From Octopus vulgaris (taxonomy: Eukaryota), in assembly GCA_951406725.2 (NCBI GenBank), contig OX597816.1, positions 91,884,001 through 91,948,000 on the forward strand: a stretch of DNA of 64,000 bases, given 5' to 3'. Position numbers and translations under genes: made by a program. Under the pieces are notes generated by a model. That model searched no databases and was not told the DNA's origin. It saw only the letters and a program-made list of their open reading frames with translations. Positions 51,363 to 64,000 of the stretch are shown piece by piece (position 1 is the first letter of the stretch; each line of letters starts with the position of its first letter).

Positions 51363-52548
51363 TATAAAAAGGTGCGACACTGTGTATTAGCAATTGGTTG
51401 ATAACTGATGAAGAATTAGGGATCTTCTGTGTTTGTCTCCCGTCCGGTTTTACACTGACTATACGTTATGTCGTATGTTTATTTACCATGCATTTTTCAT
51501 TTATTGTGTGTGTATGTATGTATGTATGTATGTATGTATGTATGTATGTATGTATGTATGTATGTATGTATGTATGTATGTATGTATGTATATATATTTT
51601 ATGCATACGTACACACATGTATGCATACTATACTATAGTAGGAAAGGATGCGATCAAGAGCGACAACTTTACTGTTCAGGTTCAGCTCATATTTGAATAT
51701 GGTAACTACATGTTTGTAACTTGTATTTCTGATCTTCCTGAAGCAGTTTTCGGATTGACTATGCGTGCTGTACTTATGAAGTGCATCTAATGATCGTATT
51801 TATAGTGTAACATTAAGTACTACCGAATATTGAAACATATGTAATTGATAAAATAAAGCAAGACCTACTTCAAGCCCATATTCTTTTCTCACATTATATA
51901 TATATATATATATATATAATGGAATGTTACTTTAATTCGTCCAGGAGATACGGAGTTCATCTCTAATAAGCCGTTTATATGTTGATTTCAAGCAGAAAAC
52001 ATCAATTCACATAAAATAAAAGCTGAATTTGTGATTATATTGAGAATTTCATCCGAGTAAGGATACAAGCATATACAAGACAGACAACATACATTGCAAG
52101 CAGTACGTTTAGAAGATAGAACAGGTACGCCCATTCTGATAATGCATAGGAAATACTTAATTTGGAGTTTGGTTAGTACTGATAGTAAAAAGATGAGAGT
52201 TCATGTATGGAGAATATTTGATGTATAAAGGAGCCACAGGTTATAGATAAGGGACAGTACTGATAATATATTACACAAAGTAACCAAGTAAGCATCGGCT
52301 AGCCGAATGGATAGCTTACTGTTCTTGGACTAAATTCAAATGGTTTCCTTGTAGAGTATTTATTCCAGTCGTAGGATTGACAGAATGGCAATATCTTAAT
52401 TTTTTTTATTAGTGTGGTCCACTTCTCGAGAAAGGTGACCCAAGTCTACTTTATTCAATAAGCTTCAATTTATTTTGATTTTGTATTTCGTTTTGCAAAA
52501 TTCTTGATATGTCGTGAATTGAAACATATTTTGATATAGATTAGGTTC

Positions 52549-52782
52549 CATTTCTCGTTATTTTTTTATATTAGTGAATTGGTTAATTATTTAATCAATC
52601 AACTAACCGATTGTCTGAGGAAGAGTTCGCTCAGTCAATCAACTAGGTTTCTTAAAATAGACCTGGCATTCATGGGGGAGGGTCATTAATGGCTTAGCAT
52701 ATTGACTAATTGGCCAAATCCTTGCTCAAACAACGAGTTGGTTAATTGGTTAACCAATTGACAAATGAAAAATAAAGAAATG
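52549..52782. repeat. Degenerate inverted-repeat element (old MITE)
   Basis: catttct...aattggttaa...caact..ttgtctgag on the left mirrors ctcaaacaa..agttgg..aaccaatt...agaaatg on the right. Confidence 0.5.
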
Positions 52783-53239
52783 AAAAAGAATCAGTGCGCA
52801 TGTTTATCATTGACATACAACAAAATTCATTTTTTTTTTGTCTGTCGAATATAAATCGGAAACATCAGCTAACACAATGAAGGAATGCTAACCAAATCTA
52901 CCAAGCTACCAAACACCGTATGAATTTTTAAACACTCTCTATAGAAACACTGTAAGTTTATCTGTAAATGAATTTGTCGAGTAATTAGGTAGAGAGAAGT
53001 CTGCAGCAATTCGAGCAGGGAGATTATGTTCAGGTGAATGCCTCGAATAAACTTTTATCCGAATCCTGTATTCTTTTCTAATTTTAGATAATATCTTAAA
53101 TTAGAAACCACATGACTGATGACTGACAGCCAAAAGAAAAAAAAGTCAGATAATACAGCAGTTGGCATGGTTGCAAACAAAACTAAGCCATGCCCACCCA
53201 CGCACAAGACCGTCACAAATAACAGACCCAGGATGGCCA

Positions 53240-55809
53240 TAATTTCTGCGAAGTCGACCATCACACCATTTCTAATAAATATTAGAGGCTTCAAACGCAA
53301 AATTGCGTTCCTGAGGGATCTTTGTGCATGCAATCAAGCAATATGCATTATGCTTACGGAGACAGCTCTCTGCTGACATAAATGATGCAGAGATACACGT
53401 ACTAATGTATACAGTATTCCGCGCAGACAGAAGAGAAAAAGTTACGGTGGAAATGCACTATACAGCCGGGAAGATGTCACACCACTAACTCTGTCGTTAC
53501 ATTCAAACTCAGTCTGTGACACTCTCATTGTGCATTTAAAGTACCTTGACGTGGTAATATGCATATTATATCGCCCACCCATGCTTCAAATCACGGTCGG
53601 AACACGACATGACCTTGTGAATGACACTCAAAGAGAACAGAATCTCTACTTGATCTCATGAAAATGCTGTTCATAGAGCAAACCATACTCTCCCTAACTA
53701 GAAACAATACCATATTAGACCTCTGTTTCACCAACAACATGCAACTTATCCACAATGTGAAGATATCACTGACAATCTTCTCAGTTTACAACATGATAGA
53801 ACTGACGATGTATGGTCCAAGATTAATTAACGATGTATTCTCACAAATGGCCCTCAATCGCTATTCAGGCTGAATTCCTACAAGGCTGACTGGAAGTCAA
53901 TTGAAAAACAGATGCTCCAAAAGAATTGGCTTAAAAGTTTTTCTATGCAACACATTGATATGAAATTTAAAGAATCCATGTCAATAATCCTCTCTATTAA
54001 AGGCGCAAGGCCTGAAATTCGAGGCGAGTGGGTTAGACGATTATATTGACCACAGAGTTCAACTGGTACTCATTTTGATCGACCCCAAGAGGATGAAAGG
54101 CAAAGTCGACCTCGGCGGAATTTGAACTCAGAACGTAAAAACGGACGAAATGCCGCAAAGCATATGCAAATAAGCAAGCTTGATGAATTTTCCAACACCG
54201 CACATCAACATGGAAAAGAGTCAACCATCGATTACACTAATATAAAAGAAGAAGATGTAATACAGGCCATTGATGAGATTAATTCGAACTCAGCAATGGG
54301 TTCAGACTGATTTTCGGTATTTCTTTTAAATATATGCAAGAAAACGCCCGCAAAACTACAGCAAATAATTTTTCAGAGTTTCCTTACATGTGGTAAACAT
54401 CTAAAACAGTTAAAAAGAAGGTATCGTATGCTCTGTCCACAAAGGAGGAAGTAGAGCGGATACCCAAAATTACAGGCCTATCTCTCTGTTAGCAAGGTCA
54501 TGCAACGCATTTTCATATGGAGACTGAACATGTGCCATGAAGAAAGTAAATTGCTCACAACCAGACATGACTTCCGTCTAGGGAGGAGCTGTCCAACACA
54601 ACTATTACAGCATTATGACAGGGTAGTGAAACTACAACTTAACCACTCTCAAATGTGGATGTGATATAGCTCGACTTTGCCAAGGCCTTTGATAAGGTTG
54701 ATCATAAGGCGACATGTCACAAACTGCGTGACCTTGGTATTGCTGGAAAACTAAGAGAGTGGCTGAGGAGACAACAATTCTCAGAGGAGTCTTTCAAGGA
54801 ACTGTACTAGAACCACTACCATTTATGGTAGCTCTCACAAAAATGTCCTCAGACATACAGTCAGCCACTCTAACCAGCTATTCTGATGATACAAAAATAT
54901 CGCAGGCGGTCAAAGACCTTGCAGATATACTAAAACAACCTGTAAAAACGACCTAAATGCAATATACCAATGGGCGAATGAAAATAACATGCACTGCAAT
55001 GCTGAGAAGTTTCAAGCACTCCACTATCGGCCAACAAACATACTACAGGAGGTAGTGCAACCGCACTGACAGAGTCGGTGAATGGCCTGGAATACACATG
55101 AGTAATGATGCAACATTCCATATGCATATTACCAAGATGGCAACACTGCAGGTGAGCAGCTGGGTGGATTCTGAGATAATTCAGAACCAGGAAAAAGGAT
55201 ACCATGTTACGCCTATGGGGAGCTTCCAACTGTGGTCAGCGCAGTGCCTCAAAGTGGTAGAGAAACTTGATGTGATCCAGCGCCACTACACAAAGAAGAC
55301 TGACTCGCTGAAACGAGCTACTGAGAGAGTTTAAAGGAAATGAAACTCTACTCCCTAGAAAGAAGACGTAAAAGATATGCATTGATAATTATATGGGAGA
55401 TTCTGGAAGGTCTAACATCCAACTTTGAAAGCTGTACCAACCATCGAATTGGATGGCACTGCATGGTACCAAAGACCCTGTCTTTTCTATCTCGAATAAG
55501 GAACCAGTACTGTAACAGTTTGGGCTTCAAGGACCCACAACTACTTAACATTCTGTCAAACAATCTCAGAGACTTGCCAAGCGCAGATGTGGAGGTTTGA
55601 AAAGAGCGTCTGGGTACATTTTTATCTAAGACACCAGATGAACTCACATCGCAGCAGGAAGCGCAAAGAAGAGCAGCTTCGTCCAACTCATTACTTCACC
55701 AGAAACGTACAAAAAAGAAACCCAACCACACTGAAAGGCGGTGCTACAGCATGGCTTCAGCTTCTGGCTGAAACAGTAAACGATAAAAGAAAATATGAAA
55801 GATAAAAGG
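53240..55809 (+). mobile_element. Degenerate near-full ORF2 of a CR1-group LINE (APE endonuclease and RT) with 3' tail
   Basis: NIRGFKRK..IMLTET, VFRADR, YRPP, TRNNTILDLCFTN, DFAKAFDKVD, GVFQGTVLEP, YSDDTK, LYSLERRRKRY; many stops and frameshifts. Confidence 0.9.
53990..54165 (-). mobile_element. tRNA-derived SINE (Nin-domain-like) nested in the LINE
   Basis: Minus strand: gagttcaaattccgccgaggtcgactttgcctttcatcctcttggggtcgatcaaaatgagtaccagtt. Confidence 0.75.
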
Positions 55810-56667
55810 TATTACGAAAATGTAATTACATTCAACCACACGGATAAAATATGATAACCCTCATATTTTATATATATATATATATATATACATATATATG
55901 TGTGTGTGTGTGTGTGTGTGCGTGTGTGCGTGCGTGCGTGTGTATTTATATATGTGTATATATATGTATATATGTGTGTGTATATATGTATATATATATA
56001 CAGACACATAGACACATGCGCATACACAAACACACAGAGGCACAACGACATCTACATAATGTACATCCTGATTATAATGTCTTGCAGAAAATCACCCTGA
56101 GGTTAGTATTTCTATTCGAATATATAATTAATTATTTGCGAATTGGATATGTAACATATAAAACGCAATATGTGTCCCGTCGGTCACGCTGGGACACACT
56201 TTTCATCACTGAAATTTCATGTCTGAGCAACCTTTACTCTTGCAGTAATAGCATTATGGAATACAATAATCCCTCGACTATCACGGCTGGTAATTGTTTG
56301 AACAACAAAAGCCGACATAGAAAATCAGTTGTAGCAACCGCAGCAGGAACAGGAATAGCAGAAGAAAGAGCAATCTAATGAAATCTGAAAATCGTGCTGG
56401 GGTGTACACCGCCATTGGTAAGTGGAGAAGGGCTACTGTTGTGCTCACTGCTGTTATAGCAACCACCAGGATGTGCAAGCGTACACGAAAAGAGTTGACA
56501 GAACAAAAAATATAACAAGATCACTTTACAAACCACTTCGTGATGGAAATGTACAGTAAGGTACTCAGCTAGGTAGCTGTATGCAATATATGAAGCTATG
56601 ACCTTGGATTACACCTACTTCTACCAACTACCTACGTATTATAAATTAGTTTGATCAAAGATGGCCT

Positions 56668-56967
56668 AGCTCTTCATCAGTTACGACGACGAGTGTTCCT
56701 GTTGATTCGATCAACCAAACAGCCTACTCCTGAAATGAATGTGAAAATAGCTGAGAACTCCACAGACACGTGCCTTTCATGTAGTTCTCAAGGAGATTCA
56801 GTGTGACACAAATTGTGACAAGGTGTAACTCATTTTTTGTCGGCTGAGTGAATTGGAGCAACGAGAAATAAAATGTCTTGCTTAAGGACACAACGCGTTG
56901 CCGGGAATCGAGCTTGCAATCCTGTGATCCTGAGCTGAATACCTTAACCACCAAGTCACGTGCCTTC
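56668..56967 (-). mobile_element. tRNA-derived SINE
   Basis: Shares the tail gttacgacgacgag.gttcc.gttgat.cgatcaac...ctccacagacac with the SINE at 26891; tRNA-like head at 56900-56967. Confidence 0.8.
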
Positions 56968-59900
56968 ACGATAAAAAGATAATTTGAATTTAAACAGAAT
57001 CAACAACAGCTATTACCATTACAAAATGCCCTGAAAAAAGTCCTGATACTCTATGTAGATTCAATTACAGATATCTAATGTGACTTCCACTTCTCACTAT
57101 GAATATTTTTTATTATAGTATGAAACCCTACTTCAAAAAACAAAAACAAAACAAAACAAAATAAAACAAACAAGCAAAAAATGATATCGTTAAGTTATTT
57201 ATGTATGGGAAACTGTAAACTGTCAATAATGAATGTGCAATACTAGAGAGATACAATTGCTAGTATCACTAAAAATCATATATCGTCATTCGTATGATAA
57301 TTCACTGTCATATTTCTCTTAATTCAAAGCAATGTTTATTAAGATATACTCATTCTTTTATATTCCGTGTTAATAGAAAATTAACCGTCTATAATCTAAG
57401 TAGATTAGACTTTATTACAAAGTTTAGTTATTAGATAAAATAATAAACGGAGACAGTAAATCCCGGCAGAAAAAAGTAGACACGACATGACTCCGTCAGA
57501 ATTCTGTATAGTTTGTTTAAATCGATAATATATGGAAAAATTCTCATGTTATCTTTGTCCAATCTTTATATCATCAAGATCGATAAAACGCAAGCTAAGT
57601 CACAAAACACTGATAGCTTGCAATCTATGAAATCGATGGAGAAGTAGAAAGAAGATAGAAGCACAGCAACGTAACTTTTCAACATAATATTAATAAATGA
57701 AACAAAGAAACTGAAAGGAATTCACAAGTTCTAGATACAGACAGACTGGAGTATAGTTTTTAATAAGAAAGGCAAACGAGAAGAAATAAAAAAATATCCT
57801 AAGCATTACAACGGATGTTCATGCCAGTTATTTTAAAATTCTATGAGTTGAAGTGGTGAAGTCAATGACATCACTACTTCAAAATAACTTTTGTGTCTTC
57901 TTCCTGTTCATAATCACTTAAACTTAGATATCTACGCATTTCTCTACTACCTTGTTGTCCTGTCTAACATTGCTACCTGGGCCAACGAGGGAAACTCTAC
58001 ACAGTGAATTACCCGGCTAGAAATAGCAGCCAAATCTCCCGCGAATCGCATCTTACTGTCTGATGAAAGTAAAGTTATATTGGATGATGTTCTAGAAACA
58101 TCATGACTAGAAAAAGACGGATTAGTCTCGGTTGTAACATCATTTATCACAAATCTGCTGGACCAGGGATTGATGTAGAACTAAATATCGACAGCAAGAA
58201 CAACAATACAATAACGATAATAAACGATAATTTATATGAAGTTAATCGTCAAGTAGTGGTGATCTAAAGATGCACTAAAACTGTTGAAAAAGTTCCACAG
58301 AATTTTTCAACGGGTTTATTTCTTATGGTAATGCTGGGTGTAGTAAGATGCTATTTTTGAAAGACACCATCCCATAGGAGACCCAGGATTTTTAATAAAG
58401 TAATAATACCCTTCTTAAAAGTTCTACAGAAAAAATGAATTAGGAATGCCACGTATTAAAGATATGTTGTTCTAGGCGTATCGTCATTCAATAAAGAAGG
58501 GAAAAGAAAAATGGTCGAAAAGAATCATCGTCCTCGTCGTCATCATCACAATCATCACCATCATCGTTATCATCACCACCACCATCATCATCATTGCCAT
58601 TAACAATATGAGTCCTTTAGTCCTTGAAGTCAGTTAATGCACCACTACAAATAAAAGAACTCATGCTGATAGTGAGGGAAGGAGACAAGAGCATAACAGG
58701 CCTATCATGTAGTCTAGTCTGACAACTTTACAGCAATGACAATCGAGTTTTGTTCGCTTTGCTAGTGAATCGATTTTTAGTGATAAAATATTTTAGCGAT
58801 GCGGACATCAGCTGTAGCAATGAATTGTTTTGAGAAGTAATTCTTGGAGTCAGTATTGTTCGGGTCGATATAGTCTAAATATAATCATCCGAAAACTAAA
58901 ATTCTAATTTAAGACCATTATCAGGATGCTTTGGGGAGAAATATATTCTTCGTTACTTCTGGGTAATTGAGAATACAATTAAAATTCTTGCCAAAACAAC
59001 ACAAGTTAACTGAAATTTTCTCCAAAGTTCTTCCTAAATTAGATTAGATTAATCAATACAATTTTTATCTGAGCCAGTAATGGCGTATCTGACATAATTC
59101 AATATTTTCTGTAACTGTAGTCTTATCTTAACACGTCGGCTAGTCACATATACGATTATCTGCAAAGTTTCAAATATTTATTTAGATAGCTACATATATA
59201 ACATACACAACACCTGAAAATTGCTGCAGCATATAAATTTTCACATATTTATATGAATTTTAGACATTATCAGTAAGATGTCACTTCTGAACACAAATTC
59301 TATTTATCTAACATCTTTATTTCTGTTTCCTAAACATATAATTACTATCTTAGTCACCGAACATATAAACATATAAGCACTGTCACAGCTTTCTGGCATA
59401 TAACGAACATTGCAGCCTCATGCAGCCTATAAACTTTATTAGTGAGAAATTTAATCAATATTTATGCAAAATATACTCTATAAGCATTATCGGGGTCAGG
59501 AAATATTTACATTATAAATATTATCAATGCCAGTGGACTTTCATTAACAGCATCTTAGAAATAACGATAGTTCCGCGGAAGAATTTGTATTAGTCTGCAA
59601 ATGTTCCCATCTCCCAGTAGTAATTGATGGAAGGATATAATTCATAAAATAGCCAATACCAAATAGTAATGTGGGAGTCTGCCTTATATTGGAGCCATTC
59701 CGAACATTATACTATAATACACTACACTTCTAGACTAATGCACTATACTATTCTTACTACATAATATTGCATATCAATAAAAACTCAACACTACCTCAAA
59801 GCTGACGGTAGTCTGTATTTTCTATTTATCTAGCCTATAACAATGTGCAATACTTACAGTGGTATCATTCTATTGGGACTTTCATTGCTAATATAAGCAA

Positions 59901-60151
59901 ATTCGACGTAGTGGATGCGTCTTACATGTGAACTATTGTTTTGTTTTATTTTGGCTGTGAAAAACTAATGCTTTTTTTCTTTTTTAGTCACTAACGCTTT
60001 GTATCTCATCTTCACTGTATCAAACCCTAACAACCACATTTATTGGTTGTTGACGCCACTGAATCTAGTTTTTTTGTCTCAATGCTCAAAACCGTGAAAA
60101 TCCCCAGAGAGCTGAAGAGGGGCATTTTTCGTTTGTTGTAATCGTTTCGTT

Positions 60152-60199
<48 letters not shown>

Positions 60200-60908
60200 C
60201 ACACATTGTCTGTGGCTATCGAATGTTTTCTTCTCCAAAATAGTGTAGCTCGGCATGCAGTAATCAATGTGTCTTTGTTTATATGCTTGTGTATAATTTG
60301 TAGAGGTGTTGGTTGCACTTCTAGCAATTCAAGCGACCTCAGAGAGGCTTTTTGTTTAGAAGCAAGAGAAGTTAGCAATAGAGCTTTTAAAACAAGTGCC
60401 TGTCTTTGTATATAGATGTCCCCATCACTAACACTCCTAGCAATACAAAATGGGGACAGACTGGAGAAGCCCAAGCTTAAACAAGTTTTTTATTTATATT
60501 TCATAATACAGATTTTATATATATATATATACAGACCGTGAAAATAGCGTTAGTGTAGTTTCGCGTGACGGGTAACTTTCACTTTTGGAACAACAAAAGG
60601 AACCTTGAATCTAGGTTAGAAACCGGCTCTTTTTCTATTGAGAATAAATCTTGACATAAAACTGAACAATGACATACATACATACATACATACACATTTA
60701 TACACATGGATATGCACAAACATATACACATACATAAACATTCAAGAAATTTAGCATGTAATAAAATCTACAAATACAATGATCCATGCTTGTGTGTGTG
60801 TAGGTGTATACATAGATACATACATACATACATACATACATACATTCATGCATACATGCATACATATATGCATATATATATATATATATATATATATTTT
60901 ATAGAAGG

Positions 60909-60959
60909 AGCTTCTACAGGACTAGAACTGTTTCATTCAAAAGAAATCATCAGGAAGCT
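60909..60959 (-). ncRNA. Compact type-I hammerhead ribozyme with canonical core
   Basis: agcuuc-CUGAUGA-uuuc-uuuu-gaau-GAAACAG-uucuaguc-CUGUA-gaagcu; 6-bp stem I, 4-bp stem III, weak stem II. Confidence 0.7.
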
Positions 60960-61374
60960 TATTTACTGTGGTTAACCCCAACTCAACCCGGGACCTACAT
61001 ATATATATATATATATATATAATGCATGCATAAATATGTTCCATTTGTTCCATGTAGTTGATTGGACTGCTTTATGTAACAACCAAATTTCCTCCAATAA
61101 AACTAATTACTACTGTAAAGCTGAGAACCATGTTTTATGATATAGATGTTAGGATAACTAATCTGAAAGAAAGTCAAAGGGGATTACGACTGGAATATCA
61201 TTGAGATTCAGTTAGTTCTGTGAACTGGCTCTGATGTTAAATAGAGATACTCAAGAATAAACTTCAGACATAAATAACAACAATACGAACTATAACAACG
61301 AAGAAAATTACATTGACAGCATATACGATGATGGACAAAATGACAGAGGGGAAGGAAGAGGAGAAGAAAGAGAA

Positions 61375-61377
61375 TGT

Positions 61378-61420
<43 letters not shown>

Positions 61421-61583
61421 ATAAGGGCAACAATGATAGTAACGACATCGATGATGATGGCGACGAAGATCATGATGGTTGTGTCAATGATGATATTGAT
61501 GATGATGATGACGATGATGGTGATGACGACAATAATGATGATGAAGACAATAATGATGTATGACGATCTTGATGATAATGATT

Positions 61584-61640
<57 letters not shown>

Positions 61641-62433
61641 CTACGAGGACGATTGTAATGATAATAATGATGATGATGATGATGATGATGATGATGGTGA
61701 GGAGGAGGACAACTCTGATGATGAGGATTATGTGATGACGATGATAACTACGACGGCGACGGAGATGATGGTGATGATGATGATGATGATGATGATGATG
61801 ACGACGACGACGATGATGATGATTATAAATGGCACTCGTCAACATCATCGTCCATACCGCTTTTACAAATTTGCCAATAAACTCTGTCAAAAGTCAGCAT
61901 CTGCAGTAAAGCTATCACGATGTTGATTAGCACCGACCATCACAATTACGACTACTACCACCAAAACCACAACCACAACTGGCACTTCTTCCACCATCAT
62001 ACCCACCTCTCCCTCTATCATCACAACCACCTCCTCCTCCACCGCCAAAAACCACCACCACCACCACCACTCAGACACACAACCACCACCACAATCAACT
62101 ACACAGTCAATACCATCACAGCCACAATAACCACAACACTTACCAGAACCACAAAAACAACCACTATCACAACCACTATCATAACTACCACCACCACCAC
62201 CACCATCACCACAACAACAACAACGACCACCATGACTATCACAACGACTTCTGCAAGCCTCATCACGAGCATCTTTATCATCATCGCCAGCAATTGCATT
62301 TATACCACTGCTATCACTAACGCTACCAAAGCCATATTCCAATTCTTCTTCGTCTTCCTCCTCTGCCTCATCATCATCATCGTCATCATAATCATCATCA
62401 TCATCATCACCATCATCATCATATCATCATCAT

Positions 62434-62512
<79 letters not shown>

Positions 62513-62580
62513 CCATCATCATCATAATCATCATCATCATCATCAGCATCATCATCATAATCATTATCATCATCATCATC
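61375..62580. repeat. Compound trinucleotide low-complexity array: (GAT)n block followed by (ACC/CAT)n block
   Basis: Direct reading; accounts for the poly-D/M/H/T ORFs. Confidence 0.95.
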
Positions 62581-63037
62581 AGCCATGCGAACAACGCTAA
62601 CATCACCGAAATGCCTAATCAGCTGCATCAGTTGGTATACGACTGCAATTGTCTCTGTTAGTTCCAATGTTGGGCACCGTCACCTTTACTGCAAGCCTGG
62701 TCCGTAGCGCTAGCATTGCAGCTTTTGCTGTGTTCTTGCAAAAAAAAAAAAAAACAAAAAAAAACAAAAACAGTTGCAACGACAAGATTTCCGAGACGAT
62801 AACAAATTCTATTCATCAGCCAGTTATGTGCACTAAATATTTGATAAGGAAATGAATCTTAGTTCACATAACCAGCTAACGATCGGAATTGTACTCTAAT
62901 CTTCTTGCCGGTCTCCTGGATCTAGGGTAGATACATAGGTATGTATGAAGGTAGGTTAAATAGTTGATATGATGATAGGTAGATAGATGGATGGATAGAG
63001 ACAAAAGGATAGATAGATAGATATACATACACGCACA

Positions 63038-63072
<35 letters not shown>

Positions 63073-63454
63073 AACAGAGAGAGAGAGAGAGACATAGATA
63101 GACATTTTAGTAATTTAGTATTTAATGAAATCCACATACGCAATGATATTAAAGCCAGCACCCATGTGTGCACGTGTACGTACATATGTATATGCATGTA
63201 TATGCAGGCATACATACATACATACATACATACATACATACATACATACATACATACATACATACATACATACATACATACATACATACATACATACATA
63301 CATACATACATACATACATGCATACATACATACATACAAGACTACCCTACTAATGTCTAAATTCCAGGGAAAGAATCTTGTTTCTAGACCAGAACAAGAC
63401 TAGAAATCGGCTGTTTCTCCATTGGTGAAAAGTTTGAAGAATAAGACTAACACA

Positions 63455-63505
<51 letters not shown>

Positions 63506-64000
63506 GCACACACGCACGCACGCATGTGCACACTAACACGCACACATTCATGGATCTTTTGTTTGGCTGGAACTGTGGAAATTTTAAAGTTTGGAGAAAA
63601 TTTTTAAATTTGGTTTAGTGATGTAATTTTCCACGCTAAATCTCAGAAGCTAAATCCTTTTGTCCAGAAAAAAAAGTATTAAAACAAGTTACAGATGTTT
63701 AAAATTTGATAATTTTTACCCAATCAGAAAGCAAGATTTGGAAGCTGTCATTTTGTGCGTGACTGTACGTGTTGTAAACTATAAACAAATGAAATATTGG
63801 TGGAATTGTGCATTGCGCACGCCATTTAGCTCCTCGTAGCTCTTTCATTCAGAGGAATTTTTAGAAAATTTTTGCGAACTTGTATTCTACACACGAGAAT
63901 TCATATGATTATGCAAAAAACAAAAACAAACAAACAAAAAAATTGATGGGTGATTTAAGGTCTATTTAGCTATTAGTTTCAGTACATTTCACGACTACCT

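Noticed and set aside
51960-52500. Possible Penelope 3' region with a very decayed hammerhead (cggatga...taaacggcttatt)
   Set aside because: Too degenerate to support.
62664-62737. Phase-1 frame HSKSCNASATDQACSKGDGAQHWN* after a poly-T/AG on the minus strand
   Set aside because: Considered as a GPI-type exon but it has no hydrophobic tail.

Overview
AT-rich, microsatellite-dense animal genomic DNA. The SINE families and repeat landscape are most consistent with an octopus or other coleoid cephalopod; this is inferred, not confirmed. Two protein-coding genes converge, and only their 3' ends could be identified. (1) Plus strand: four spliced 3' exons (18100-20481) of a strawberry-notch/FORGETTER1-like protein whose last exon adds a PIP-box motif, a basic NLS-like patch and a C-terminal UBZ4-type zinc finger. 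(2) Minus strand: the terminal exon (41296-41438) encoding an acetylcholinesterase T-peptide (WAT) tetramerisation domain; no catalytic exons were found in the window. The rest is intron or intergenic DNA with RTE- and CR1-group LINE fragments, tRNA-derived SINEs, a piggyBac derivative, a DD36E Tc1 element, MITEs, a Helitron-like tandem array and a HERO-type RLE retrotransposon sitting in a (TACA)n array. Notable RNA signals are a non-circularly permuted hammerhead ribozyme in the HERO 3' UTR and about ten conventional, variant or decayed type-I hammerhead motifs in short Penelope-like remnants next to (TA)n tracts. CpG appears depleted left of about 23.9 kb and retained to the right. All alignments and folds were done by eye and most ORFs in the supplied track are microsatellite artefacts.
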